A DNA stretch of 64,000 nt from Planctomycetota bacterium (lineage in GTDB: Bacteria; Planctomycetota; MHYJ01; WSZJ01), in assembly GCA_038060895.1 (NCBI GenBank), contig JBBTCT010000020.1, positions 48,506 to 112,505 on the forward strand, given 5' to 3'. Shown piece after piece: positions 28,217 to 38,089 of the stretch (its first letter is position 1; each line of letters opens with the position of its first letter). Position numbers and translations under genes: made by a program. The notes under the pieces are model-generated. The model was not told the DNA's origin, searched no databases, and saw only the letters and a program-made list of their open reading frames with translations.

Positions 28217-29398
28217 ATGGGAAACGACCATCGCAGGAAGATGCTGGACGGACTTGAAGGGCTGGACAGGAACCAGAAGCGGATGTTGTTCAAGCGCGCG
28301 GCGAAGGTGCGTCGCGCCGCGGCGTATTTCAAGACCTCGCGCAAGGACGAGGAGTGGGACGGGAGCGAGGACGCTCCGTCGGTCGAGCGCAACATCCGTC
28401 GGCGGAAGGACTCGATCGGCGACTGGGCCGCGAGGCTTTTGCAGCAGGAAGGAGCGCGCGCGGAGACGGCCGGGGACGAAGCGGCGGTCCCGGGAAGGCC
28501 GGCGCTCGTCATCGGCGTGGGGCCGGGAACCTGCCGGGCGGTCGCGGACGGCGAAGAAGTCGACGCGCGCGTTTCCGTCGAAGAAGGGCTCGCGCCCGGG
28601 GACGACGTCCGGCTCGCGGACCGCGGCGGCGGCTGGGAGGTCGTCGAGGTCATGCAGCGCCGGACACGGCTCTCGCGCCCGGACCCGTTCCTGGGCCACG
28701 TGGAAAAGGTCATCGCCGCCAACATCGACGTCGTCGCGATCGTCGCTTCGGCCGCGCAGCCATACTTCCGCCCGCGCCTCGTCGACCGCTTCCTGATCGC
28801 CGCTGCGTACGGCGGCGCGACGGGCCTTGTCTGCGTCAACAAGTCCGACCTGATGACGCCGGTCGACCGCACCGTCCTCGACGCGCAGCTCCAGGTCTTC
28901 CGCGACGCCGGCTCGCCGGTGGCCGTCGTGTCGGCCGAGTCCGGCGAAGGCCTGCCTGAACTTCGCGAGTTCCTCTCAGGAAAGCTGGCGGCGTTCGTGG
29001 GACAAAGCGGCGTCGGCAAGTCCTCGCTCGTCAACGCCCTCGATCCCTCCTGCGAAATCCGCGTCGGCGAAGTCCAGGAGCGAAGCGGCAAGGGCAGGCA
29101 CACGACGACCGGGTCCGCGCTCCTGCAGCTCCAGGGCGGACTGCGCGTCATCGACACCCCCGGAATCCGGTCGTTCGGGTTGTGGGAGATCTCCGCGCGC
29201 GAGCTCTCTTCCTACTTCCCCGAATTCACGCCCCACGTCCCGCAGTGCCGCTTCCGCGACTGCACCCATGACCACGAGCCCGTCTGCGGCGTCAAGGCCG
29301 CCGCGGCGCGCGGCGAGATATCGCAGCCGCGGATGTTCAGCTACTTGCGGATCCTGGAGTCGCTTCAGGGGAAGCGTGAAGGGAAGGTGGAGAGATGA
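28217..29398 (+). CDS. rsgA: Ribosome small subunit-dependent GTPase A
   Basis: Circularly permuted GTPase: NKSD, GQSGVGKSS, GRHTTT, DTPG; Zn finger CRFRDCTHDHEPVC. Confidence 0.95.
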   Translation: MGNDHRRKMLDGLEGLDRNQKRMLFKRAAKVRRAAAYFKTSRKDEEWDGSEDAPSVERNIRRRKDSIGDWAARLLQQEGARAETAGDEAAVPGRPALVIGVGPGTCRAVADGEEVDARVSVEEGLAPGDDVRLADRGGGWEVVEVMQRRTRLSRPDPFLGHVEKVIAANIDVVAIVASAAQPYFRPRLVDRFLIAAAYGGATGLVCVNKSDLMTPVDRTVLDAQLQVFRDAGSPVAVVSAESGEGLPELREFLSGKLAAFVGQSGVGKSSLVNALDPSCEIRVGEVQERSGKGRHTTTGSALLQLQGGLRVIDTPGIRSFGLWEISARELSSYFPEFTPHVPQCRFRDCTHDHEPVCGVKAAAARGEISQPRMFSYLRILESLQGKREGKVER

Positions 29399-29483
29399 TG
29401 CGAGTCCATCGGGAATTTCGCGCGTTCACGGTTGCTGACCTCAGGACCGGTTCGTCACCAGGACCGAAGGCTCGCGCGCTAGA

Positions 29484-29903
29484 ATGTTCCGAATGCGACG
29501 AGTTCGGGTCTCAACCCGCTTCCTTCTGGCCGCATCCTCGGTCTTGCTCCCCTACACCGGAGTCGGATGCTCTCAACCCACGCTCGCTGAACACTACGAA
29601 GCCTTCCGTCGCGATCCGAGCGATGAGAACTTGCAGCCGCTCGACAAGGGAGGGCGAGAAGGCGCCGCATTCCTGATTGGGTGGCTCGAACTCCACGCGT
29701 CCTGGGAGCTCACCGAGTATCCGGATCACTCCGGAAGACTGATTGGGGTCACGAACATCTACGAATTCGGGGACGCAGCTAATTCGTCGCGCCAGGAAGT
29801 CAAGTCAATGCGGGGCGCAAATCTATGGATAACCAACCGAGACGTCCTGAACTGGGCTGATTGTACTCACGGGCTTCACATGCCGAACGGTCCTTTGAAG
29901 TGA
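29484..29903 (+). CDS. Hypothetical protein, possible lipoprotein, lower GC
   Basis: Basic N-terminus, hydrophobic stretch, then GVGC; atypical codons. Confidence 0.5.
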   Translation: MFRMRRVRVSTRFLLAASSVLLPYTGVGCSQPTLAEHYEAFRRDPSDENLQPLDKGGREGAAFLIGWLELHASWELTEYPDHSGRLIGVTNIYEFGDAANSSRQEVKSMRGANLWITNRDVLNWADCTHGLHMPNGPLK

Positions 29904-29931
29904 TGGAGGACCTAAGTCCGGAGCCTCGGAG

Positions 29932-31194
29932 TTAGACAACGACGTTGCCGCGTTTCGTTACAAGAACTGCCTGATTGATCCCGAAGTGGTAGGGCAGCTC
30001 CCTCGCGTCTTCCGCGTCCCAGAGAACGAGATCCGCGAGAAGTCCTTCCGTGATTCGCCCTCGATCGGGGAGCCGGAGAGCATGCGCGGCGTTCACCGTG
30101 CACGCGCAGAGAATCTCTGCCGCGGTCATCTTGAGCTGCGTGGCGGCGATGGTGCCAATCACCTGGAGGGACTCGGTGTAGCACGACCCGGGGTTGTAGT
30201 CGGTGGCGAGGGCGACGGGAACGCCGGCGTCTATGAGGCGGCGGGCGGGGGCGTATTTCGGAAGGCCGAGAAAGAAGGTCGTGCCAGGGAGAAGGATGGC
30301 GACCGTCCCCGATTGACGCATCGCGTCAATGCCCGCTTCGTCGATCGCCATCAGGTGGTCGGCGGAAGCGGCGCCTAGCTCCGCGGCGAGCTTCGCGCCG
30401 CCGAGGGTCGCGAACTCCTCCGCGTGAAGGCGCACGCCCAGGCCAGCGCGTTTCGCCGCTTCCAGGATCCGCCGCGAGTCCTCAACCTCGAAGACGCCCT
30501 TCTCGCAGAACACGTCGCACCACTGGGCGAGTTTCTTGCTCGCGACTTCCGGAATCATGACGTCGCACAGGAGCCGGACGTACGCCGCGCGATCGCGCTT
30601 GTACTCGGGCGGAACTTCATGCGCGCCGAGGAAAGTGGACACGACGTCGATCGGGCCTTCCTCGTCGAGTTCCTTCGCCGCACGGAGCAGCTTCAGTTCG
30701 TCTTTCAGCGACAGCCCGTAACCGCTCTTCACTTCCACCGTCGTCGTCCCGTGCTCGAGCATGCGGCGCAGGGCCGGGCGCGTGCGGTCCTTGATCTCCT
30801 TGAGCGAGGCGGCGCGGACCTGGGCGACCGACTTCGCGATGCCGCCGCCCTTCGCGGCTATTTCGGCGTAGGTGACGCCGGAGTTGCGCAGCTCGAACTC
30901 GTCTTCCCTCGTCCCGGCAAAGACAGCGTGCGTGTGCGGGTCGATGAGCCCCGGGGTGACGAGCCGGCCGGCCGCGTCGATCGTCCGCTTCACGCGGAAT
31001 CCCCTGGCGGCGCCCTTTCCCACCGCGACGATCCGTCCTTCCTTCGCGACGAGGTCGCCGTGAATGAGCCCGAGCTCCCGCATCGCCGCGCCGGTGCGCG
31101 GGCCTCGAGCGTCTCCCATCGTTGCGATGAGCGCGCCCGTGACGGCGAGATCCGCGGCGGGCGGTCGCTTCTGACTCGCAACTCGCCGCTTCAT
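29932..31194 (-). CDS. hutI: Imidazolonepropionase
   Basis: PGLIDPHTH, GGGI, EVKSGYGL, TFLGAH, DVFCE, HAEE, SADHL, ALATDYNPG. Confidence 0.95.
   Translation of the reverse strand: MKRRVASQKRPPAADLAVTGALIATMGDARGPRTGAAMRELGLIHGDLVAKEGRIVAVGKGAARGFRVKRTIDAAGRLVTPGLIDPHTHAVFAGTREDEFELRNSGVTYAEIAAKGGGIAKSVAQVRAASLKEIKDRTRPALRRMLEHGTTTVEVKSGYGLSLKDELKLLRAAKELDEEGPIDVVSTFLGAHEVPPEYKRDRAAYVRLLCDVMIPEVASKKLAQWCDVFCEKGVFEVEDSRRILEAAKRAGLGVRLHAEEFATLGGAKLAAELGAASADHLMAIDEAGIDAMRQSGTVAILLPGTTFFLGLPKYAPARRLIDAGVPVALATDYNPGSCYTESLQVIGTIAATQLKMTAAEILCACTVNAAHALRLPDRGRITEGLLADLVLWDAEDARELPYHFGINQAVLVTKRGNVVV
30312..30330. promoter_or_regulatory. Palindrome copy 3, ATTGACGCA-T-CGCGTCAAT (inside hutI)
   Basis: One mismatch; minus-strand codons ATT GAC GCG ATG CGT CAA (IDAMRQ). 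Confidence 0.7.
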
Positions 31195-32405
31195 TACCCG
31201 ATCACGCGCTCAATCTCTTCGAGCGACGTTAGCCCCGCGGCGACTTTCTCCATCGCGGCGCGGTGGATCGGGAGCATCCCTTCGGCGATCGCCGCTTTAC
31301 GCAGCTCGTCCTCAGGGGCCTTGTGGGTGATGAGGTCCCGGAGTCTTTCGGTGACGGTCACCACCTCGAAGACTCCGGTGCGGCCGCGGTAGCCGGTGCG
31401 TTCGCAGCTGGGGCACCCCGCGGGACCGAAGACGGGTCCGTCGAATCCCGGCGCGAGCTTCCTGATCTTCGCCTTGTCGGCAGGAACCCGGCGGCGGCAT
31501 TCGCGGCAGAGGAGACGCACCAGCCGCTGCGCGATCGCGATGTTGAGCACGTTGGCGACGAGGAAGGGCTCGACACCGAGATCGACGAGGCGGGTGATCG
31601 TGGAGATGGCGTCGCGCGCGTGGACGGTCGAGAAAACCAGGTGGCCCGTCAGGCCGGCCTGGATCGCGATGCCGGCCGTGTCCGAGTCGCGGATTTCACC
31701 GACCATCAGGATGTTGGGGTCCTGCCGAAGCGTGTTCCTGAGCGCGTTCGCGAAGGTGATGCCGTGCTTCGCGTCCACCGAGATCTGCGTCACGTACTCC
31801 AGGTGGTATTCGATCGGGTCCTCGATCGCGACGACGTTGCGCTGCTTCCTGTCCACCTCGCGCAGCATCGAATACAGCGTCGTGGACTTGCCGCTTCCCG
31901 TCGGCCCCGAGACCAGCAGCAGCCCCTGGGGTTTCACCAGGAACTCGCGCAACTGCCGCTCCGTCGCCGACGGCACGCCCAGGCGCGCCAGGTCGATGAT
32001 TTCAGGCTCCGTCTCGAGGATGCGGATCACGACCTTGTCGCCGTGCACTTCCTCGACGCTCGACACGCGGAACTCCACGGCCTTGCTCTTCACCTTCGCC
32101 GAAAACGACCCGTCCTGCATCCGCACCTTCTTCGTGATGTCGAGGTCGCAGATCACCTTGATCGCCGAGACCAGCTTCAGACCCTGCTCGATGTCCAGCT
32201 CCATCAGGTCTCGCAGGAACCCGTCCACCCGGGCGCGGACCCGGACGCCCTTTTCCTCCGGCTCGATGTGGATGTCCGTCGCACGCAGCTCGATCCCCTC
32301 GCCGATCAGGCGGCGCAGGAGCAGCGCCGTGCGGCTTCTCCTCGAAGTGTCGAACGCCTGCTCGCCGGACTTCTTGAAAACGATGACGTCTTCGACGGGA
32401 ATCAT
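31194..32405 (-). CDS. GspE/PulE-family secretion/pilus ATPase lacking the N-terminal MshEN/N1 domain
   Basis: ATDIHIEP, GPTGSGKSTTLY, EDPIE, LRQDPNILMVGEIRD, TGHLVFSTVH, two CxxC, GYRGRTG. Confidence 0.92.
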   Translation of the reverse strand: MIPVEDVIVFKKSGEQAFDTSRRSRTALLLRRLIGEGIELRATDIHIEPEEKGVRVRARVDGFLRDLMELDIEQGLKLVSAIKVICDLDITKKVRMQDGSFSAKVKSKAVEFRVSSVEEVHGDKVVIRILETEPEIIDLARLGVPSATERQLREFLVKPQGLLLVSGPTGSGKSTTLYSMLREVDRKQRNVVAIEDPIEYHLEYVTQISVDAKHGITFANALRNTLRQDPNILMVGEIRDSDTAGIAIQAGLTGHLVFSTVHARDAISTITRLVDLGVEPFLVANVLNIAIAQRLVRLLCRECRRRVPADKAKIRKLAPGFDGPVFGPAGCPSCERTGYRGRTGVFEVVTVTERLRDLITHKAPEDELRKAAIAEGMLPIHRAAMEKVAAGLTSLEEIERVIG

Positions 32406-32575
32406 GGGGAGAGTCTTGCAAAATGAAGCGGCTGCAGGCAAGTGAAGTCGGCCCGCGCGCTTCCGGCCGGGCCGTTTCCCTCGAACTCGCGCGGCCGATT
32501 TGCGTCTAACTCATTGCGCCTTGTGGCTCTGCTTCATCCGTTGCTAGAATCGCCCCCCCGTCAAGAGGGAGAACC

Positions 32576-35500
32576 ATGTCTGACGAAAATCTGCTGAACG
32601 CCGGGGAAACTGTCGGCTCCTACCGCATCGCGGAACGCATTGGCCGTGGCGGCATGGGCGAGGTTTACAAGGCGGAAGAAACGGCGCTTGAGCGCACCGT
32701 GGCCCTCAAGGTCATGTCCGCAGCTCTCGCGCAGGACAAGACCTACGTCGATCGCTTCCGCACCGAGGCCCGCTCTGCGGCTTCCCTCGTGCACGCGAAC
32801 GTCGTTCATGTCTTCGGCGTCGGCGAAATCCGCGGGCTTCCTTACATCGCCATGGAGTACATCGACGGCGAGTCGATCCAGCAGAAGCTTGTCCGGGAGA
32901 AGCGGCTTCCGCTGAGGCAGGCGGTGGAGTGGATGGTGCAGGCGACGCGGGGGCTGGAAGCGGCGGCGAAGCGCGGAGTGGTGCACCGGGACATCAAGCC
33001 GCACAACCTGCTGATCGACACGGATGGGCAGCTGAAGATCGCGGACTTCGGGCTGGCGAAGAAGGTGGACCGCGAAGTGGCGCTGACGCAGGCGGGAATT
33101 GCGCTCGGCACGCCCCTGTACATGTCGCCGGAACAGGGCCGCGGCGACGCGGTGGACTGGCGGAGCGACGTGTACTCGCTCGGCGCAACCTTTTACCACG
33201 CCCTCGCGGGGCGCGCGCCGTTCGAGGCGGACTCGGCGCTTGCGGTGCTGACGAAACACGCGACGTCAACCCTGACGCCGCTCAACACCGTGCGCAAGGA
33301 CGTGCCCCAGGCACTGTCGGCGGTCATCAGCAGAATGATGGCCAAGTCCGCCGGCGAACGCTTCGTCTCTCACGGCGCCCTCGTCGCCGAGCTTGAGCGC
33401 ATCCTGCCCACTCTTCCCCACACCGCCCTCCCGGCGCCGGCAGCCATCTCGGGCGGCCTCGACGCGGACGACGCGCTGTTCGGGCGGCTGGCGCTGAAGA
33501 CCGGCCTGATCAACGACCAGCAATTCAAGGGGGCGGTCGCGCTTCAGGAGAAGTTCAAGGCCGCCGGCAAGCCTCCGCGCCGGCTGGAAGAAATCCTGGT
33601 CGCGGCGAAGATCCTGACGACCGACCAGGCCACGATCCTCAAGGACCAGGGGCTTCAGCACCGGATCAACGCGCAGGAAGATGAAGAACCTGAGAGCCGG
33701 ACGAACCTCGAAGTGACTGAAGTGACGAAAGCGGAGAAGGCCGCGGCGGCTGTGGCCGCCAGGGGCCCCGTCTGCCCGCTCTGCCGCCTCGCGGTCCGGC
33801 CGGAACAGGTGCAGATGAACTGCCCCGAGTGCGGGATGCTTCAGCACCGGGAGTGCATGGCGAGCTTCGGCGGATGCGGGAATGAACGCTGCTCGAAGTC
33901 GCCGAAGTCGATGGCGATGGCGGCCATGCAGGGCAGTTCGGGCGAGGGTCCCCGCGGAGCGGCCACAGGCGGCGGAGGCGGCGGGCTCGGACGAATGGTC
34001 TTCCCGGTCCTCGGGATCGCCGCAGTCGGCGTGGTCGCTTTCCTGATCTGGCGATCGATGTCCAAGTCCGCGCAGGATCTGTACGACGAAGCCAAGAACA
34101 TGGACGCCGGCGGCAAGGGCCGCATGTCGATCTTCAGCCTCGACGAGGCGAACAAGGATGTCTCGGCGGGAGCCGGGATCTCAGGCGAAGTCCGGCGCCG
34201 CCTGGAGAACCAGGTGTCGCTCTACCGCCGCGCGCTCGAGCAGGACCCGGCGATGCTGCCCGCGCGCCTCGAACTTGCTTCGTGCCTCGTGCAGCTCAGC
34301 CGCAAGCCCGAAGCGCTCAAGGAATTCGAAGCCATTCTCCTGACCGACCCGAACAACAAGGACGCGCTTCTCGGGGCCGGCTCGATCCTGTACCAGGGCG
34401 GCGATTACGGCAAAGCCCTTGACGCGCTCCAGAAAGCCGCCGAAGCCGGCGCCGGTGAGGCCTGGATGACGATTGCCATCATCTACCAGGACAAGAAGAA
34501 CGAAGGCGGCAAGGCGGTCGAATCCCTGAAGAAGTATCTCGCGACCAAGGGCGACGACGGGAACGGCTGGTCCCGGCTGGCGCTCGCCCAGTTCGAGGCC
34601 GGTGACGATATCGGCGCCATCGCTGCATCGGAAAAGGCGATCCAGAAGGGCACTTCCAATCCGGGCGCCTACCTCGTCCGCGCCAAGATCGCTTTCAAGA
34701 ACGGGAAGTTCGAGGAAGCGGCGCACGCGGCGATGGAAGCGGCGGAGAAGGTGCCGCAGGGAAATATTGTGCAGTCGTTCGACGCGCGGAAACTCGCGGG
34801 CCGCGCGTTCGCGAAGGCCGGCAAGCCGCAGCCTGCGCGCGAGCAGCTGATGACGGCCAAGTCCGTGAAGAACGATGACGTCGAAGTGCTGGAGTCGCTG
34901 GGCGACCTGGCGAAGGCCGCGGGCGACTGGAACGACGCCGCCAACAACTACAAAGAGGCCTACGAGCACGGAAGCGGGAAACTCGAGCAGCTCTTCCAGG
35001 CCGGATGGCTCTATTACCAGGCGCGCAACAGCCAGCCGTCCGCCAAGGCGTTCGAAGCGCTGTACCGGAAACAGGCGGACTTCAAGGACGTGCGGCTGTG
35101 GCTCGCCCGGGCGTACCTGATGGCCGGGCAGATCGACAGCGCGAGCCCCGCCGTTGCCAGGGCGCTGGAGGAGAAACCCAACGACCCTGACCGGCAGGCT
35201 CTTCGCGTCTGGGAACTCGGCCTGAAGGTGAACATCGACGAGGCGATCCGGTACGCGACCGAATGCCTGGCGAAGTCGCCCGGGAACGGCGAGCTGAATT
35301 ACCGGCTGGCCTACGTGTACGACCGCGCGAAGAACCACGACCGGCGTCGCGAGTGCCTCATGGCCGCCGCCGACTCGGGCCTGGCGGACGCGATGTACGA
35401 CTTCGCGGACCTCTGCCAGATTTACGGCGACCGCGTCAGCGCCATGAAGTACCTGAAGCTCTACCTGGAAAAAATGCCGATCGGCTACACCGCCGAGCAG

Positions 35501-36301
35501 GCCCGCCAGATGATCATGTCCCTGGGCGGCACGGACCCCGGGACCGGCACAACTCCCGACATCACCCCGGGATGGGTTCCGCCGCCGTCCGCAGGGTGGG
35601 AAGCGGAAGTCAAGTACGTGACGGACGTGATCGCCCAGGTCCCGAAGGTCGTCGAGGAGCCGGTGGATCGCGTCTATTTCAACCTGATGGCGTGCGTCGT
35701 GTGCTCCAACGCCCTCGGCGAGCGGTACACGGACATCACGGACGCCCACACGCTCACCAGCTACGCCGAGCTTTACCTTCGGCAGAACATCCGCAGCTAC
35801 CTTCGCAACCCGGAAGACCCTTCCGAGCTCGCCACGTTCCGCACGTCGCGGGTGAAACAGCGCTTCTACGAAATCTCCGCCGCCTGCGACCGCCTCGTTC
35901 ACGGGTTCGCGGCGGCCGGGAAGAAGCTCAACCCCGCTGCCGCCTCCGAAATCGATTCCTGGGACGCGCGCTGGTCCCCCCTCGACGGCAAGGACGACTT
36001 CGACCGCCTCGCTTTCTCGCTCAACCTCTGCGTCCGCATGATCGCGGCGGCGCGGGGCGGCGCAGGGGCGGAAGCCATGGAAAAGTACGAGGCGCGCCTG
36101 ACCATCGCAGAAAACCCCGTCCAGAGGTCGGTCGCTGCCGCCTACGCGCTCTGCGACCTCATGGCGAAGATCAAGCCGGATGCCGAGAAAATCGCCGCGG
36201 GCATCGACGCGGCGGACGAGGCGGCCGAAAGCGGCCTCGCACAGCTTGCCATGGGCCTTGCCAAAGCCGCGCAGATCCTGAATGTCATCAAAGCAAAGTA
36301 G
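32576..36301 (+). CDS. Membrane-anchored Ser/Thr kinase with MshEN-like, Zn-finger, TM and TPR regions
   Basis: IGRGGMG, HRDIKPHN, DFGLAK, GTPLYMSPE; LFGRLALKTGLI..QQF..RLEEILV; CPLC..CPEC..HREC..GGC..C; TM near aa 475-495; TPR array. Confidence 0.9.
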   Translation: MSDENLLNAGETVGSYRIAERIGRGGMGEVYKAEETALERTVALKVMSAALAQDKTYVDRFRTEARSAASLVHANVVHVFGVGEIRGLPYIAMEYIDGESIQQKLVREKRLPLRQAVEWMVQATRGLEAAAKRGVVHRDIKPHNLLIDTDGQLKIADFGLAKKVDREVALTQAGIALGTPLYMSPEQGRGDAVDWRSDVYSLGATFYHALAGRAPFEADSALAVLTKHATSTLTPLNTVRKDVPQALSAVISRMMAKSAGERFVSHGALVAELERILPTLPHTALPAPAAISGGLDADDALFGRLALKTGLINDQQFKGAVALQEKFKAAGKPPRRLEEILVAAKILTTDQATILKDQGLQHRINAQEDEEPESRTNLEVTEVTKAEKAAAAVAARGPVCPLCRLAVRPEQVQMNCPECGMLQHRECMASFGGCGNERCSKSPKSMAMAAMQGSSGEGPRGAATGGGGGGLGRMVFPVLGIAAVGVVAFLIWRSMSKSAQDLYDEAKNMDAGGKGRMSIFSLDEANKDVSAGAGISGEVRRRLENQVSLYRRALEQDPAMLPARLELASCLVQLSRKPEALKEFEAILLTDPNNKDALLGAGSILYQGGDYGKALDALQKAAEAGAGEAWMTIAIIYQDKKNEGGKAVESLKKYLATKGDDGNGWSRLALAQFEAGDDIGAIAASEKAIQKGTSNPGAYLVRAKIAFKNGKFEEAAHAAMEAAEKVPQGNIVQSFDARKLAGRAFAKAGKPQPAREQLMTAKSVKNDDVEVLESLGDLAKAAGDWNDAANNYKEAYEHGSGKLEQLFQAGWLYYQARNSQPSAKAFEALYRKQADFKDVRLWLARAYLMAGQIDSASPAVARALEEKPNDPDRQALRVWELGLKVNIDEAIRYATECLAKSPGNGELNYRLAYVYDRAKNHDRRRECLMAAADSGLADAMYDFADLCQIYGDRVSAMKYLKLYLEKMPIGYTAEQARQMIMSLGGTDPGTGTTPDITPGWVPPPSAGWEAEVKYVTDVIAQVPKVVEEPVDRVYFNLMACVVCSNALGERYTDITDAHTLTSYAELYLRQNIRSYLRNPEDPSELATFRTSRVKQRFYEISAACDRLVHGFAAAGKKLNPAAASEIDSWDARWSPLDGKDDFDRLAFSLNLCVRMIAAARGGAGAEAMEKYEARLTIAENPVQRSVAAAYALCDLMAKIKPDAEKIAAGIDAADEAAESGLAQLAMGLAKAAQILNVIKAK

Positions 36302-36310
36302 GAGGGACTC

Positions 36311-37444
36311 ATGAAGCGCTTCATGTTCGCCGTCGCTCTAGTTCTAACGGCCTCTCTCTTTGCCCGCGCCGACGTGGTCATCATGAAGAGCGGGCAGAAG
36401 TGGGAAGGCAAGGTCGTCGACGAGAACGACGAGGTGATCAAACTGAAAGTGAGCAAGGGGACGCTCACGCTCAAGAAGGCCGACATCGACCGGATCGAAA
36501 AAGGGACGAGCGCGGTCGAGGAGTTCGAAACGATGCTGGATGCGCTGGCGCCCTCAAATCCGGCCGGCTACGTCGATGCGGCGAGGCTCTGCGTCGACAA
36601 GGGCGCCGGCGACGGCCCGACGGTCGAGCGCCTCGCGAACATTGCCATTTCGCTCGACTCCGCCCAGTGCGGGCGGGCCCAGGAAGTGATCGGGGACTGG
36701 TATTCCGCGAAGGGCAACCGGGCGCGGGCCGCGGAGGCCTACCTCGCAGCTTTCACGGCGGACTGGAAGAGCCCTTCGATCAAGGAGAAGTTCCTGAAGC
36801 ACCGCGACAGCATCGCGGACCAGCAGAAGACCCAGACGCGCCGCCTGGCGGACTCAGTTCAGCTCGCGATTGAAGGCCGTCTCGCCGAGGCCATGGCGGG
36901 CATCCAGGCGTCGTCGAACGTGCCCGGTGCGAGCCTGATTTCGACCTACGTCCCGACCTACCCGAACTTCCAGGCATTCGTGGCCGACATCCGGGCTCGT
37001 GTGCCCTGCAAGAACTGCGACGGAAAGCTGTGGACGAAGTGCATCACGTGCAACGGCGAGGGCGGTTTCAAGTGCTCGACCTGCAGCGGCACCGGCGTGA
37101 AGATAACTACCGTGAACGGCACGGTGACGAAGCGCGCGGACTGCAATTCCTGCGACGGCAAGGGGACGATCCGCTGCACGCGGTGCAAGGAGCGGATGGG
37201 CCAGGCGAAGTGTTCGTCATGCAAGGGGATCGCGCCGAAGCGCCCGGGGGTGTGGGACCAGCGCGGGCTGGCCAACTTCAAGGCGGCAATCGAACAGCGC
37301 CTCGAGGGCTCGGTCCCCGCCGAGGAGCAGGTGGGGCCGAAGCTGATGAGGCTTGGCACGACGACGTATGACGAGGCGTTCACGGAGGACGGCAGGATCG
37401 TGTTCTCCGGTGGAAAATGGGTGAAGCCGGACGAAAAGAAGTAG
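36311..37444 (+). CDS. Exported protein with DnaJ-type CxxCxGxG zinc-finger repeats
   Basis: Signal peptide; ADVVIMKSGQKWEGKV; CKNCDG, CITCNGEG, CSTCSGTG, CNSCDGKG, CTRC, CSSCKG. Confidence 0.75.
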   Translation: MKRFMFAVALVLTASLFARADVVIMKSGQKWEGKVVDENDEVIKLKVSKGTLTLKKADIDRIEKGTSAVEEFETMLDALAPSNPAGYVDAARLCVDKGAGDGPTVERLANIAISLDSAQCGRAQEVIGDWYSAKGNRARAAEAYLAAFTADWKSPSIKEKFLKHRDSIADQQKTQTRRLADSVQLAIEGRLAEAMAGIQASSNVPGASLISTYVPTYPNFQAFVADIRARVPCKNCDGKLWTKCITCNGEGGFKCSTCSGTGVKITTVNGTVTKRADCNSCDGKGTIRCTRCKERMGQAKCSSCKGIAPKRPGVWDQRGLANFKAAIEQRLEGSVPAEEQVGPKLMRLGTTTYDEAFTEDGRIVFSGGKWVKPDEKK

Positions 37445-37447
37445 CGC

Positions 37448-38089
37448 GTGGCATTCCTGATCATCGAATCGGGCCCGGACCAGGGCAGGAAGGTCGACCT
37501 CGGCGGGCCGCTCATCATCGGGCGGCAGGCGCGGATCGGGCTCTCGATCAAGGACACGAAGGCATCGCGCGAACACGCCCGCATTGAGCCGGCCGCCGGG
37601 AGCTACGTCGTCGTCGATCTCCAGAGCTCCAACGGCACGCTCCTGAACGGTCGCAAGGTGGAGCGCGAATTCCTCCAGGCCGGCGACCGCGTCACCATCG
37701 GCGCCACGGTGTTCCGCTTCGAGGACGCCGACGCCAACCCCGCTTCCTCAACTCGCCCGATGAAGGAGCCGATCGGTTCGACTCCGGTTTCGAATCCGCG
37801 CGCCCCGGGCGGGTCGTTCCACCAGGACCCGGTCACCCCCGCCACCTCGCGCCCGGCGCCCGCCCAGATCCCGGCCGCCCTTCCCGTCGCAGCCGCCGCC
37901 GAGCCCGCCATCGTCGACCGCAATGCGCCGCGCCTCCGCTACCAGGACCAGGCCCGCGGCCCTGGATTCCTCGCCATCGTCGTCTGCACCGCTATTCTCG
38001 TCGGCCTCGTTTTCGCCTCCCGCTGGATCGGCCAGCGCGCGATCGCAAAAGCCATCCTCGAACGCAAGCAGGGACAGCAATCACCTTGA
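37448..38089 (+). CDS. FHA-domain protein with C-terminal TM helix
   Basis: IIGR, ASREHA, DLQSSNGT, GDRVTIG; Pro-rich linker; hydrophobic C-terminus. Confidence 0.88.
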   Translation: MAFLIIESGPDQGRKVDLGGPLIIGRQARIGLSIKDTKASREHARIEPAAGSYVVVDLQSSNGTLLNGRKVEREFLQAGDRVTIGATVFRFEDADANPASSTRPMKEPIGSTPVSNPRAPGGSFHQDPVTPATSRPAPAQIPAALPVAAAAEPAIVDRNAPRLRYQDQARGPGFLAIVVCTAILVGLVFASRWIGQRAIAKAILERKQGQQSP

